A stretch of 61,725 nt of DNA from Spirochaetales bacterium (GTDB lineage Bacteria > Spirochaetota > Spirochaetia > JABEVK01). The position numbers were made by a program, and so were the translations under genes. Within the stretch, counting starts at the first letter, position 1. Every line of letters starts with the position of its first letter. The notes beneath the pieces were generated by a model. That model made no database searches and had not been told where the DNA came from. It saw nothing but the letters and a program-made list of their open reading frames with translations. Below, one piece after another: positions 19,733 through 28,745 of this stretch. The stretch is taken from assembly GCA_037142615.1 (NCBI GenBank), contig JBAXAI010000023.1, positions 1-61,725 on the forward strand. The letters run 5' to 3'.

Positions 19733-20461
19733 ATGGGAATTTGGGACAACTTCAAGCGGGTGTTCAAATCCAACATTAACGCCGCGATCAGCAAGGCCGA
19801 AGATCCCCAGAAGATCCTGGAACAGACCATCATCGACATGAACGAGCAATTGCTCGAGAACAAGAAGGCCGTTGCTTCGGCCATCGCCGATGAGAAGCGT
19901 CTGGAACGGCAGTATCAGGAAAATCTCGCTCTGGCTACGGATTGGGAAAACAAGGCAATATTGGCGGTCAAGAGTAATCGCGACGATCTGGCCAAAGAAG
20001 CCTTGGTCCGCCAGAAGGAATATGCGGACTACGCAGTCCAGTTCAAGCAGCAGTTCGACCTTCAGCATCAGGCCGTCGAAAAACTCAAGGATTCGCTCCG
20101 CCAGTTGCAGTCCAAAATTGAGGAAGCCTCTCGCAAGAAGAACATTCTGATCGCCCGCGCCAAGCGCGCCGAAGCCCAGAAGAAGATCTCCGAAACCATG
20201 GGAAGCATGTCGAACAACTCGGCCTTCGACGCCTTTGACCGCATGGCAAACAAGGTTGACCAGATGGAGGCCGAAGCCAGCGCCGCCGTCGAACTGGAAG
20301 ACCTGAGTGGAAACGCCAGCCTTGAGAAGCAGTTCAAGGAATTGGAGTCCGGACCCAAGGGTGCCGAAATGCTCCTCGAGGACCTGAAGGCCAAGATGCG
20401 CTCGCAGGAAGGCGGGGCCGTGGCCACCGTCCGCGAAGAAGCCGGGAGCAAGAGCTCCTGA
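19733..20461 (+). CDS. pspA: PspA/IM30 family membrane-stress protein
   Basis: MGIWDNFKRVFKSNIN..AEDPQKILEQ, coiled coil, AFDAFDRM; AAGGAG RBS. Confidence 0.93.
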   Translation: MGIWDNFKRVFKSNINAAISKAEDPQKILEQTIIDMNEQLLENKKAVASAIADEKRLERQYQENLALATDWENKAILAVKSNRDDLAKEALVRQKEYADYAVQFKQQFDLQHQAVEKLKDSLRQLQSKIEEASRKKNILIARAKRAEAQKKISETMGSMSNNSAFDAFDRMANKVDQMEAEASAAVELEDLSGNASLEKQFKELESGPKGAEMLLEDLKAKMRSQEGGAVATVREEAGSKSS

Positions 20462-21066
20462 GGGTTCTCTACGTCGGCGAAGAGGACGAACGTTTCCAAC
20501 TCCTTCAGAGTTGGAGTTCTGAAGGGGCCACCATCGAGTGTGCCCCTTTTTTTGTGCCAGGACCCTGGACGGCCGTTGCCGTGCCTGCGTCGCGGTACTT
20601 TGCCGGCGACTGGCATGGCCCGGGGGAAGCCCCTGCGGCCGAAGTGTTGGTGTACGGTGAGGCCCATTTGCTGCGTGCCGCCTTCCTGAAGGGTGCCAAC
20701 GACTACCTGAGAGAGCCCTGGACCGTAGAAGAGTTGGTGATGCGGGCCGGGTTTCGTCGCCCCCGCATCTGGTTGTGGAGGTCGTTGGGGGTGGCCTTTC
20801 AGCTGGAAGGAACAACGCTCCGCGGACTCCAACGGGTCGAACTGACCTCTGCCGAGGCGATCTTGCTTGGCGCCTTGGTGCAAAGGCAAGGGAAGTTCCT
20901 TTCGGCGGCGCTGCTGGCTCATGCTCTGTACGGTGAAAAGCAGAAGCCGACGTCGAGGGTCGTGGCCACGCTGGTCAGCCGTTTGCGCACCAGGCTCCGT
21001 CGTGCCGGAATCGAAGAAGAAAACCCCATTGCCATGCGCCGGGCCGAAGGCTACCGACTTCCTTGA
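20458..21066 (+). CDS. OmpR/PhoB-like regulator with degenerate receiver domain (probable CTG start)
   Basis: Frame reads (M)RVLYVGEEDERFQLL from CTG 20458; GANDYLREPW; winged-helix VELTSAE..SRVVATLVSRLRTRL..GYRL. Confidence 0.75.
   Translation: MRVLYVGEEDERFQLLQSWSSEGATIECAPFFVPGPWTAVAVPASRYFAGDWHGPGEAPAAEVLVYGEAHLLRAAFLKGANDYLREPWTVEELVMRAGFRRPRIWLWRSLGVAFQLEGTTLRGLQRVELTSAEAILLGALVQRQGKFLSAALLAHALYGEKQKPTSRVVATLVSRLRTRLRRAGIEEENPIAMRRAEGYRLP
20522..20553 (+). terminator. Putative intrinsic terminator after pspA, lying inside the next ORF
   Basis: AAGGGGC-CAC..GTG-T-GCCCCTT stem followed by a T7 run. Confidence 0.45.
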
Positions 21067-21094
21067 ACCGGGGCGCCCGTGCTATCGTTTGTGC

Positions 21095-22024
21095 GTGAAA
21101 GAGTCTGTCGTGAACCTTCTGCTGTTCTTGCTCTTCTTTGCGTTTTCGACGCTTTTCGTGCTGGGGGCCTACTTTCTCTACAACGGGCTGGTGCCTGGCG
21201 GACGAGGACTGATCTTCGGCAATCCTTGGGCTGCGGCCTTGTTCCCTGCGCTTTTGGTGGCACTGGTGGCCGCGCAGTACCGTTCCGTAAACCACCCCGG
21301 CCGTTTCACCGCGACCTGGGGTGCGTTGGCGCTGGCCTTCTTTCTCCTGCTGACGATTTCACTTCCCCTCGTGCAGAAGGCGCCTTCCATCCGGTCGCCC
21401 GATGCAGCGCCGTTGGTGGCAGGTCGTTTCCTACTGCTCGAAGGTGGCTCGCTGTTGGCCCCACCCGGCAAAGCGCTCCAGGGGCAGTTCTCGCAAGGTG
21501 TTCTGTACATTCCCGGCGGCAGTCAGCCCATGACCTTGTTGCCAACCCTGCCCTTTGACCCGCTCAATCAGCGGTTCGTACTTCCGACGGAGCTAGGGGG
21601 AGCTCGGAACCTCCTGTCAGTGAGCCCTGAACGTGCCTATTTTGGCTATCCGGGCTTCTTCCTGTCGCTACAAACTGACCTTTTCGCCATCTACCAGGGA
21701 CTGAAGAGCTCGCTCGAAACGAATCTGACGCTCTACCTCGCGCAGGCTGGTGTCATCACGCTGGTTTTCCTGGGCCTCTTCTGCTTCTTCTCTTTCCGTA
21801 CCTGGCCCCTGGTGCAGATCATCCTCGTGTTGTTCATGCTCCGCGTGTGCGTGGCGTTCTTGGCGTACTGCCTTTTGGGCCTTCCGGAGGTTGTTCAGGC
21901 TTGGTGGCCGGGTTCGAACTTTCTGCGCTCTTGGGTGCCCGTCGGCTGGATGGCGCTTGCCGGCTTGGCCCTGTTCTTTACCACCATCATGACCAAACCG
22001 CACCAGGTGGAAACCCTCTCATGA
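21095..22024 (+). CDS. Membrane protein, 3TM-periplasmic-3TM (possible divergent LptF/G-like)
   Basis: Hydrophobicity pattern; GTG 21095 preceded by TGcTATCGT; stop overlaps the next start (ATGA). Confidence 0.7.
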   Translation: MKESVVNLLLFLLFFAFSTLFVLGAYFLYNGLVPGGRGLIFGNPWAAALFPALLVALVAAQYRSVNHPGRFTATWGALALAFFLLLTISLPLVQKAPSIRSPDAAPLVAGRFLLLEGGSLLAPPGKALQGQFSQGVLYIPGGSQPMTLLPTLPFDPLNQRFVLPTELGGARNLLSVSPERAYFGYPGFFLSLQTDLFAIYQGLKSSLETNLTLYLAQAGVITLVFLGLFCFFSFRTWPLVQIILVLFMLRVCVAFLAYCLLGLPEVVQAWWPGSNFLRSWVPVGWMALAGLALFFTTIMTKPHQVETLS

Positions 22025-23886
22025 CCAAGATGGGCCAGAAGTTTGTCCTGATGTTGCTCATATTGCTCGGAGTAGCGGCCGTTTTGATTTATGCGCGGCT
22101 GGCTATCGGCATTTTTGTGCCGTCGCTCTACACGCTCCCGCTGCTCTGGTTGCCCGAAGACCTGTTCGACGGCCTCCTGTACGAGGGGTCGCTGGAACTC
22201 GTGAACACCATACCGGCGTTGGGTGTGACCGCGTTGCTCCTCACCTATAGTTTTTGGCTTCGCCCCGAGGAGCTCCCGGTGGGCTCCGCGCGGGGGATTC
22301 CGGCCTCGCAGGCTTTGGTACGTTTCTCGGTGCTTTCGATCGCGGCGGCCGGCGTGTTGGCTCTGCTGGTTCTTTTTGCCCAACCCTGGCTTCAGGCCAA
22401 AACCGACGAGATCCGCTTCCGGCAGGTGCAGGCGGGCCAACTGGAAGACGCCTACCTCGAGCTCAAGAAAGCCGGCTTGACCTACTCAGACCCGCTGGAC
22501 CTTGAGGCTCGGCTGAGCCTCATCCAACGGTTAGGAACGTTGCGCCCAGAACAAAACGCCTATGCGGGAAACGAGCGGTTTCAGTACGATTTTGAACTGC
22601 AGATCATCAAGACCCACATCGACATGGACGAGTTCTTCCGTCTGCGCCTTCTCCCTGGGGTCGAAAAGGCCTTTGCCGAGAATGAAGCGACCGTGGAAGA
22701 CCTGCTTCGAAATGCAGAGACCGCCTTGGCCAGTCGCACCTCAGACGCCGAGTTTCAGGCCAACCTGTACGCCTACGCCGCATTTCGCAGGATGATGGTG
22801 GCACTCGACCGGGGTCAAACCGTCCCGGCCGAGCAGCTTTCCCTGGCCAAACAAATCGTTGACGAGTCGTGGATCCGGATTCGCGAACGGACCCTGCTGG
22901 TCGATGAGCGGCTGAAAGCGAGCTATTTCTTCCGTAAGGGGAAGAGCCTGGGGGACTACAACTTTCAGAACTACCTCGAGGCGTACTATGGGTTCCAAGA
23001 GCTTCACGCCGAGGATCCAAACGACGCCGAGGTGACCCGGTACTGGGAACTTTCGCTGGCGGCGGTTCGTGGAACGGTCTTCTTCCGACAGGAATTGGAC
23101 GTGCTGTTCCGGGTTCCGGGTTCCGAAAATCTGGTGTTTCTTAACCGCGTCGCCCCCCGCGAAGTCGTCAAGATCGGCAAATTGCTCGACACCTCTCAAG
23201 GGGTCTATGTGAAGGACCTCGAGTTCTTCCGTTTCTCGGCCACCGGCGAGCCGCTTCTGCACTGGCGTGCGCCGTACGGCGAATGGACCGACAAGGGCAT
23301 CAGTTTCCGCATCTGGGAAAAAGACAAGGCGGTGCCGGACTTTCCGCAGGTGTTTGTTGAGACCCCGGACAATCCCTACGACCGGGCCAACAGCGAAGTG
23401 GCCAGCGGCAGCAGCGACCTTGCCATGCCGCCGGTGTTCGTGCCCAGCCTCTCCGTGCGCGACCTGCAGGTCATTAGTTCTCACGATCCAGGGCCCCAAA
23501 CCCTGGGCACTTGGGCGCTACTCACCCAAGGTCAGTCGATCGCCGCACTGGGGTATTCGGCCTTGCCGCTGCAGACGGAGTTTGTCGCCCGGCTGCTCGC
23601 GCCGTTTGGCTACTTTGTGCTTTTCCTGTTTGTGTTTGCCATCGCCTGGCACTTCCGGGCCCTGGGAGCAGGGAGAAGTTGGTGGCTCCTGTTTCCGCTG
23701 CTGCCGCTCGTGGCCCAGTTCGGGCTGGAGTTTCTGGTTTGGTGGACAAGGTTGATCATTGGCGGAGCAATCACCAATCTGTCGTTACCTTGGGCCTTTG
23801 CCACCCTGGGAACGGCCCTGCTGGTGGCGGCCGTCGTTGGCTTGCTGGCGGCGTACCGTCAGCTCAACGACGCCCAGCCCGACTAG
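22021..23886 (+). CDS. Membrane protein resembling LptF/LptG permease, with a helical/TPR-like periplasmic insertion
   Basis: TIPAL..LRPEEL..ARGIP..FAQPWLQAK and EFVARLLAPFGYFVLFLF segments echo LptF/G; YLEAYYGFQELHAEDPNDAEV is TPR-like. Confidence 0.65.
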   Translation: MTKMGQKFVLMLLILLGVAAVLIYARLAIGIFVPSLYTLPLLWLPEDLFDGLLYEGSLELVNTIPALGVTALLLTYSFWLRPEELPVGSARGIPASQALVRFSVLSIAAAGVLALLVLFAQPWLQAKTDEIRFRQVQAGQLEDAYLELKKAGLTYSDPLDLEARLSLIQRLGTLRPEQNAYAGNERFQYDFELQIIKTHIDMDEFFRLRLLPGVEKAFAENEATVEDLLRNAETALASRTSDAEFQANLYAYAAFRRMMVALDRGQTVPAEQLSLAKQIVDESWIRIRERTLLVDERLKASYFFRKGKSLGDYNFQNYLEAYYGFQELHAEDPNDAEVTRYWELSLAAVRGTVFFRQELDVLFRVPGSENLVFLNRVAPREVVKIGKLLDTSQGVYVKDLEFFRFSATGEPLLHWRAPYGEWTDKGISFRIWEKDKAVPDFPQVFVETPDNPYDRANSEVASGSSDLAMPPVFVPSLSVRDLQVISSHDPGPQTLGTWALLTQGQSIAALGYSALPLQTEFVARLLAPFGYFVLFLFVFAIAWHFRALGAGRSWWLLFPLLPLVAQFGLEFLVWWTRLIIGGAITNLSLPWAFATLGTALLVAAVVGLLAAYRQLNDAQPD

Positions 23887-23898
23887 CTGCCAAGGCTC

Positions 23899-24978
23899 CT
23901 AGAGCGCAGAGGTAATCAGTTCACCCATTCTTGCCGTGTTGACGAGCGTGGTTCCGTCGGTGAAGATGTCGCGAGTACGGTACCCCTCGGTCAGCACCTT
24001 CTGAACCGCAGTGTGCACTTGGGTGTACACCTCGGGCAGACCAAAGGCGTACTGGAACAGCATTCCCAGCGACAGGATTTGCGCTATCGGATTGGCAATG
24101 CCCTGGCCGGCGATGTCGGGGGCTGAGCCACCCGAAGGCTCGAAAAGGCCAAAAGCACCTTTGCCTGCCTCGGGCGCACCGGCGAGGCTTGCACTCGGCA
24201 ACATGCCCAGCGAACCGGCGATCATCGAGGCCTCGTCGGACAGAATGTCGCCAAACATGTTTTCGGCGAGAATGACGTCAAACTGGCGGGGGTTTCGCAC
24301 CAACTGCATGGCGGCGTTGTCGACGTACATGTGACTAAGCGCGACATCCGGGTAGAGCTTGCCCACTTCGATGACCACTTCGCGCCAAAAGACCATGCTC
24401 GTGAGCACGTTGGCCTTGTCGATGGAGCAGAGTTTTTTGCCGCGCTGGCGCGCCGCTTGAAAGGCAATGTGCGCGATGCGCTCGATTTCAGCACGGGTGT
24501 ACACCATTGTGTCGCTCGCCCAGTCGGTCTGGCGCTCCTTCTTGCCAAAGTAGAGGCCTCCGGTCAATTCACGGACGACCAACACGTTGAGTTCATCGCC
24601 GATGATCTCGGCCTTGAGCGGGCTGGCCCCAGCTAGGCCACGAAACACGATCGATGGACGAAGGTTGGCGTAGAGGTTGAAGTGTTTGCGCAGCGGGAGG
24701 AGGGCACCGCGTTCGGGTTGCTCAGCGGGAGGGAGTTTTTCCCACTTGGGGCCGCCCACCGAACCGAAGAGGATGGCGTCGGCGGCCTCGCAGGTGCGAA
24801 GAGTCGACTCGGGCAAGGCCTTGCCGTGGTTGTCGATCGCGATGCCGCCGACATCGGCTGGGGTGCGTTTGACGGTGATTCCGGTCAGTTTTTCAAGCTT
24901 GTCGAGCACTTTGAGGGCCTCGGTCATCACTTCGGGGCCGATGCCGTCCCCGGAAAGGACGGCGATGGATTTGGTCAT
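23899..24978 (-). CDS. leuB: 3-isopropylmalate dehydrogenase
   Basis: GDGIGPEV, VRELTGGLYFG, DKANVL, NMFGDILSDEAS, GSAPDIAG..ANPIAQILS; AGGAG RBS. Confidence 0.97.
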   Translation of the reverse strand: MTKSIAVLSGDGIGPEVMTEALKVLDKLEKLTGITVKRTPADVGGIAIDNHGKALPESTLRTCEAADAILFGSVGGPKWEKLPPAEQPERGALLPLRKHFNLYANLRPSIVFRGLAGASPLKAEIIGDELNVLVVRELTGGLYFGKKERQTDWASDTMVYTRAEIERIAHIAFQAARQRGKKLCSIDKANVLTSMVFWREVVIEVGKLYPDVALSHMYVDNAAMQLVRNPRQFDVILAENMFGDILSDEASMIAGSLGMLPSASLAGAPEAGKGAFGLFEPSGGSAPDIAGQGIANPIAQILSLGMLFQYAFGLPEVYTQVHTAVQKVLTEGYRTRDIFTDGTTLVNTARMGELITSAL

Positions 24979-25022
24979 GGGGGACTCCTGAGCGAGTAGG
25001 GTATTGGGAAGGCGGGCCTTGA

Positions 25023-28000
25023 TCAAGGGGCTTCGAGCTGGTCGATCTCGAGGGGAAGGCCGGCGAAGATCTCCAGGTCCTGCACCAAGTCGCTTCGGCG
25101 TCCGGGGGCGGTGGTCTCGATGAGCGACAGCACTTTGAGGTTGCTTTCGACCAGACCTTTGTCTTTACGCGTCTGAGCCACGATGCGTGCCTGCTCGTCG
25201 CGGAGGGCCTGAATATTGGAGTCGTTGACCAGGGTGATGTCGAACTCCTTGCGGCTGCCGTAGAGGTCGAGGCCAAGAGTGACGGCCATACCTTGGGCCG
25301 TCGTCAGGTCCTGTAGGGCCTCCCGGAACTCCTTGGTGCCGGCCTTGAAGGCGTGAGCGCCGCGATAGAGCGTCGCTGCGAGGTTGTTCCATACCTGGAA
25401 GATGCGCTGTGACAAAGCGCGGTCGGTGCGCTTTCCGGCGACGTCGATCTGGGCAATGCGCGAGCGCTTTTCGAGCAGCAAACCGAGCAACTGGCGGTAG
25501 TACCCCTCCGCGGCAAAGTAATTCCCGTTTCGGAACAGCGAATTGGCCATGGCGTAGAGCAGATTCCAGTTGTCGCGCCAGATGGACTTTTTGTCGAGTT
25601 CGAAGAACTCCTTGATGGCCCCCGGGTAGTCCTGCTTCTCGTAGCGGATGACGCCGAGGTGGAAGGTGACCTGAGGGTCTTCTACTTGGCCCTGAAGCGC
25701 CGTTTCATAGAGTTGGAGCGCCTGCTCCCAGCCACCGGGCTGCTTTTGGGCCTCGGCCGTGCCAGGGGTCTGTTTGTAGTAGAGATCACCGAGGTTGCGG
25801 TAGACGGTGGCAGTTTGCGGACTGAGGCCCAACAGGCCTTGAGTCTGGGCTTCCTCAAACTGGGCTTGTGCCTGGAGGAAGTACTGTTCGGCCTGAAGCG
25901 GCTCTTCGCGGGCCACGAACACCTCGCCGATGCGGTTGAGCGTGGCGACGCGCATCGCCGGACGATCATTGAGCCGCAAAAGGTGGGGTTTGAGACGCAG
26001 GAAGTAGGTGTCAGCGGCGGCCAGAGCAAGCTTTTCCTGCTCGGGGTCGCCAAGAACGCGGTAGTAGCGGGAAAGCTGATAGTGCAGCTCGGGCAACTCC
26101 TTCTGAGTTTCGAGGGCCCGCAGGAGCAGCGTCTCGAGTTCGTCGAGGTACTCGGGCCGGTACGGTTCGGTGCTGTTGGGGTACTTGAACGGCGGGTCAA
26201 ACGACGCGGCGGCCTTAGTACCTTCGCCGCCGCCTTCTGCCGGGGCAGCTCCGCCCGAACGGGCAACGTTGGCGACATCGTGCGAAGCTTTGGCGGGAGC
26301 GGCAGCGGGCGCAGTTTCAGCGCCGCCTTCTGCGGAGTGGGCCACGGCGGCGGGCTCCACTTCGGCGACCACCGGTGGCCGGATGCCGTACTCTTCTTCG
26401 ATGGTCTTTACCTTTTCGGGAGGATTGGCTTCTTCCACCTTGCGTGTTTGGTCGCGGTCAAGCAACCACTGAGCCAAGCGGGCGACCACCTCACCATCCG
26501 TCGCTAACTTCTTGTCGAGCTGAACGCCCTTTTCGAGCTTGAGTAGCTCTTCCTCGTCGTCTTCGATAAGGAAAAGCTTCACGAACCGCCAGGTGATCGG
26601 GGAGTCTTTCCCGTAGGTCTGCATGTAGAGGCTGAAAGCGCTGTTGGCCGCGTCGCGGTGTTCTGCCGACGAGAGGTCCTCGGCCCATGCCAATTGATTG
26701 TCGCCTTTGCTGAGCAGTCCGGCCTTGTGGTTGACGTTGGTGCCGAACAGCGGCTCGAGCACTTTGTCGGCGCGCTGGTAATGGGCATTCTTATTGAGGC
26801 CTTCAAAGCCGAACTCGGACTCAAAGCGGCTGTAGTCCAAAAGGCCCTTTTCGACCGGGTTATTCCAAACCACCTCTCCCTTGATGTCGCTTTCCAGAAG
26901 GAGCGAACTGTCGCTGCCTTCGGACAGGAGCCGGAAGACGTAGGCGTACCAAGCGTCGAGGGTCTGCTTTTTGGTGGTCAGGCGCTTAGCGAGTTCGTCA
27001 CCCTGGAGGCCTTCAGGCAAAGGTGCGAGTTTTTCGCCGAACAGGACCTTGAGGCGCGGCTTGTCGGCATCGAGGAAGGCTCGAACCGTGGGTTGCAGCA
27101 ATTCGAGGTATTTGCGACGGGCACGCTCGTAGTCCGCGGTGTCCAGATAGGCTTCGGCGTACTGGAAGAACCGGTCCTGCACGGGCCACTCGTAGTAGGC
27201 CTGAGCAAAAAGCTCGTCGGCCTGCGCCCCGTTGTTGTCTTTCACCTGGACCAAACCTTGGTCGTACAGGTCGTTGGCCTTCCAAGGCTTGAGGAGGAAG
27301 TTCCAGCCCAGTACCACCAGCACCGCTGCCACCGCCGTCAACACCAGCGACAACCGGAGGATGGGGAACATGACGGTGCGCATGTTGTACCAGAGGGTCG
27401 CGTGACGCGCCTCCAGCTCTTCGCCCGAGCCTTTTTCGAAGCCCGGTGGAATGACAATCTTGCGGCCAAGAATCTTGCCGACGGTGGAAGCCAGCGTGCG
27501 GGCGGGGGCCCGCGAGACCAAAAGCGAGACGACCTTGTCGAGGTCCTCGAAGACCACCTCTTTTTCGCCGATGAGCTCTTCGACGGCCAGCTTGAGGTTG
27601 AGCGGCAGGCGACCGAGCACCTGTTGAATGATCTGGAACTCGTCTTCGCTCAACGAGAGCGTCTTTTGGGCCTGCTCGATCTCGAGGTCAATAGACTGCG
27701 CGGGGTTCAGGAGTTCGGGGTCGGTGTGGTCGTCGGCCGTGATGCCAAACTGCGACTCGAAATCGCCCAGGCCAAACTCGTCGGCAACGCCCATGGAGTC
27801 AAAGGCCTCGACGTCTTCCTCTTTGGTGTCGGCAAAGCCCGCGAGTTCAGGAAAGTCCGAGACCTCATCGCCCGCAAACTGGAACTCTTCGTCGCCGGAG
27901 GCCCCCGACGGGTCACCCGGTGGCGCGTCGAACGACGGGGTGTCGGACCCGAAATCGCCGAAGGGGTCACTCCCACCAAACGGATCGCTTTCCTCGAGGG

Positions 28001-28682
28001 GCTCGCTATCGCCCAAGGGCTCGGTGTCCCCTGTGGGATCGCTGGAGCCGAAAGGATCGGAGCCGCCAAGGAGGTCGTCGGTACCCAGCGGGTCTTCGCC
28101 GAAACTCGGCATGTCGGCACCAAAAGGCTCGTCAGCTCCGAAGGGTTCGGCACCGAAGGGGTCAGCACCGAGAGGGTCAGTACCAAGAGGGTCATCGGCA
28201 AGCGGTGTCTCGTCGGCAAAGGCAGGTTCTTCGGCAGCTGGCGGCTCGTCGAGGCCAAACGGGTCCGGGCCTGGAGAATCCACTGGCTCGTCCAGGCCGA
28301 AAGGATCCGCGTCGGCGGAAGGCTCTAGCTCAGGATCGGGCTCAGTCGCCGCCGACAACCCCAGCAGATCGTCGAGGCTCGGACCGGCAGGAGGTTCGTC
28401 GAGAGCGGGGACATCCCCGGCAAAGAGGTCGTCGAGCCCATCGCCGGCCTCGAGATTGGTGTCGTCGGAGTCGAGTTCGACGCTTTGTCCGAACGCGGTG
28501 TCGGCCGAGTCGGGCTCGCTCGTCGGCATGCCGCCAAGCAGGTCGGCCAAGTCATCGGTCAGCCCTGAAGCTGGCGCGGTGATTTCCTCGAGGGGCAACC
28601 CCGCCTGAGCCCGGAGTTGCGGCTCGCCGGAGAGGTTCTTAATGATGGCTTTGAACTGTTCGACAGCTTCTATCGAGGGCAT
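25023..28682 (-). CDS. flcA: Periplasmic flagellar collar protein FlcA-like TPR membrane protein
   Basis: Acidic disordered N-terminus, PLNLKLAVEE..KIVIPPGFEK segment, single TM, periplasmic TPR repeats; matches recalled spirochaete FlcA architecture. Confidence 0.72.
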   Translation of the reverse strand: MPSIEAVEQFKAIIKNLSGEPQLRAQAGLPLEEITAPASGLTDDLADLLGGMPTSEPDSADTAFGQSVELDSDDTNLEAGDGLDDLFAGDVPALDEPPAGPSLDDLLGLSAATEPDPELEPSADADPFGLDEPVDSPGPDPFGLDEPPAAEEPAFADETPLADDPLGTDPLGADPFGAEPFGADEPFGADMPSFGEDPLGTDDLLGGSDPFGSSDPTGDTEPLGDSEPLEESDPFGGSDPFGDFGSDTPSFDAPPGDPSGASGDEEFQFAGDEVSDFPELAGFADTKEEDVEAFDSMGVADEFGLGDFESQFGITADDHTDPELLNPAQSIDLEIEQAQKTLSLSEDEFQIIQQVLGRLPLNLKLAVEELIGEKEVVFEDLDKVVSLLVSRAPARTLASTVGKILGRKIVIPPGFEKGSGEELEARHATLWYNMRTVMFPILRLSLVLTAVAAVLVVLGWNFLLKPWKANDLYDQGLVQVKDNNGAQADELFAQAYYEWPVQDRFFQYAEAYLDTADYERARRKYLELLQPTVRAFLDADKPRLKVLFGEKLAPLPEGLQGDELAKRLTTKKQTLDAWYAYVFRLLSEGSDSSLLLESDIKGEVVWNNPVEKGLLDYSRFESEFGFEGLNKNAHYQRADKVLEPLFGTNVNHKAGLLSKGDNQLAWAEDLSSAEHRDAANSAFSLYMQTYGKDSPITWRFVKLFLIEDDEEELLKLEKGVQLDKKLATDGEVVARLAQWLLDRDQTRKVEEANPPEKVKTIEEEYGIRPPVVAEVEPAAVAHSAEGGAETAPAAAPAKASHDVANVARSGGAAPAEGGGEGTKAAASFDPPFKYPNSTEPYRPEYLDELETLLLRALETQKELPELHYQLSRYYRVLGDPEQEKLALAAADTYFLRLKPHLLRLNDRPAMRVATLNRIGEVFVAREEPLQAEQYFLQAQAQFEEAQTQGLLGLSPQTATVYRNLGDLYYKQTPGTAEAQKQPGGWEQALQLYETALQGQVEDPQVTFHLGVIRYEKQDYPGAIKEFFELDKKSIWRDNWNLLYAMANSLFRNGNYFAAEGYYRQLLGLLLEKRSRIAQIDVAGKRTDRALSQRIFQVWNNLAATLYRGAHAFKAGTKEFREALQDLTTAQGMAVTLGLDLYGSRKEFDITLVNDSNIQALRDEQARIVAQTRKDKGLVESNLKVLSLIETTAPGRRSDLVQDLEIFAGLPLEIDQLEAP
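27900..28330 (-). repeat. Imperfect coding repeats encoding D/E-P-F/L-G units
   Basis: DPLGT-DPLGA-DPFGA-EPFGA 15-bp period at about 28140-28200, plus DPFGLDEP twice and further DPFG units. Confidence 0.8.
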
Positions 28683-28745
28683 CTTGTTTCTTTATCGGTG
28701 ATTCGGGCTCAACCCTTTCCGGAAAACACCGAAAAGTATAACAGA

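Noticed and set aside
28140-28200. Short periodic repeats considered as a CRISPR array or VNTR element
   Set aside because: They are imperfect, in-frame coding repeats with no spacers and no cas genes.
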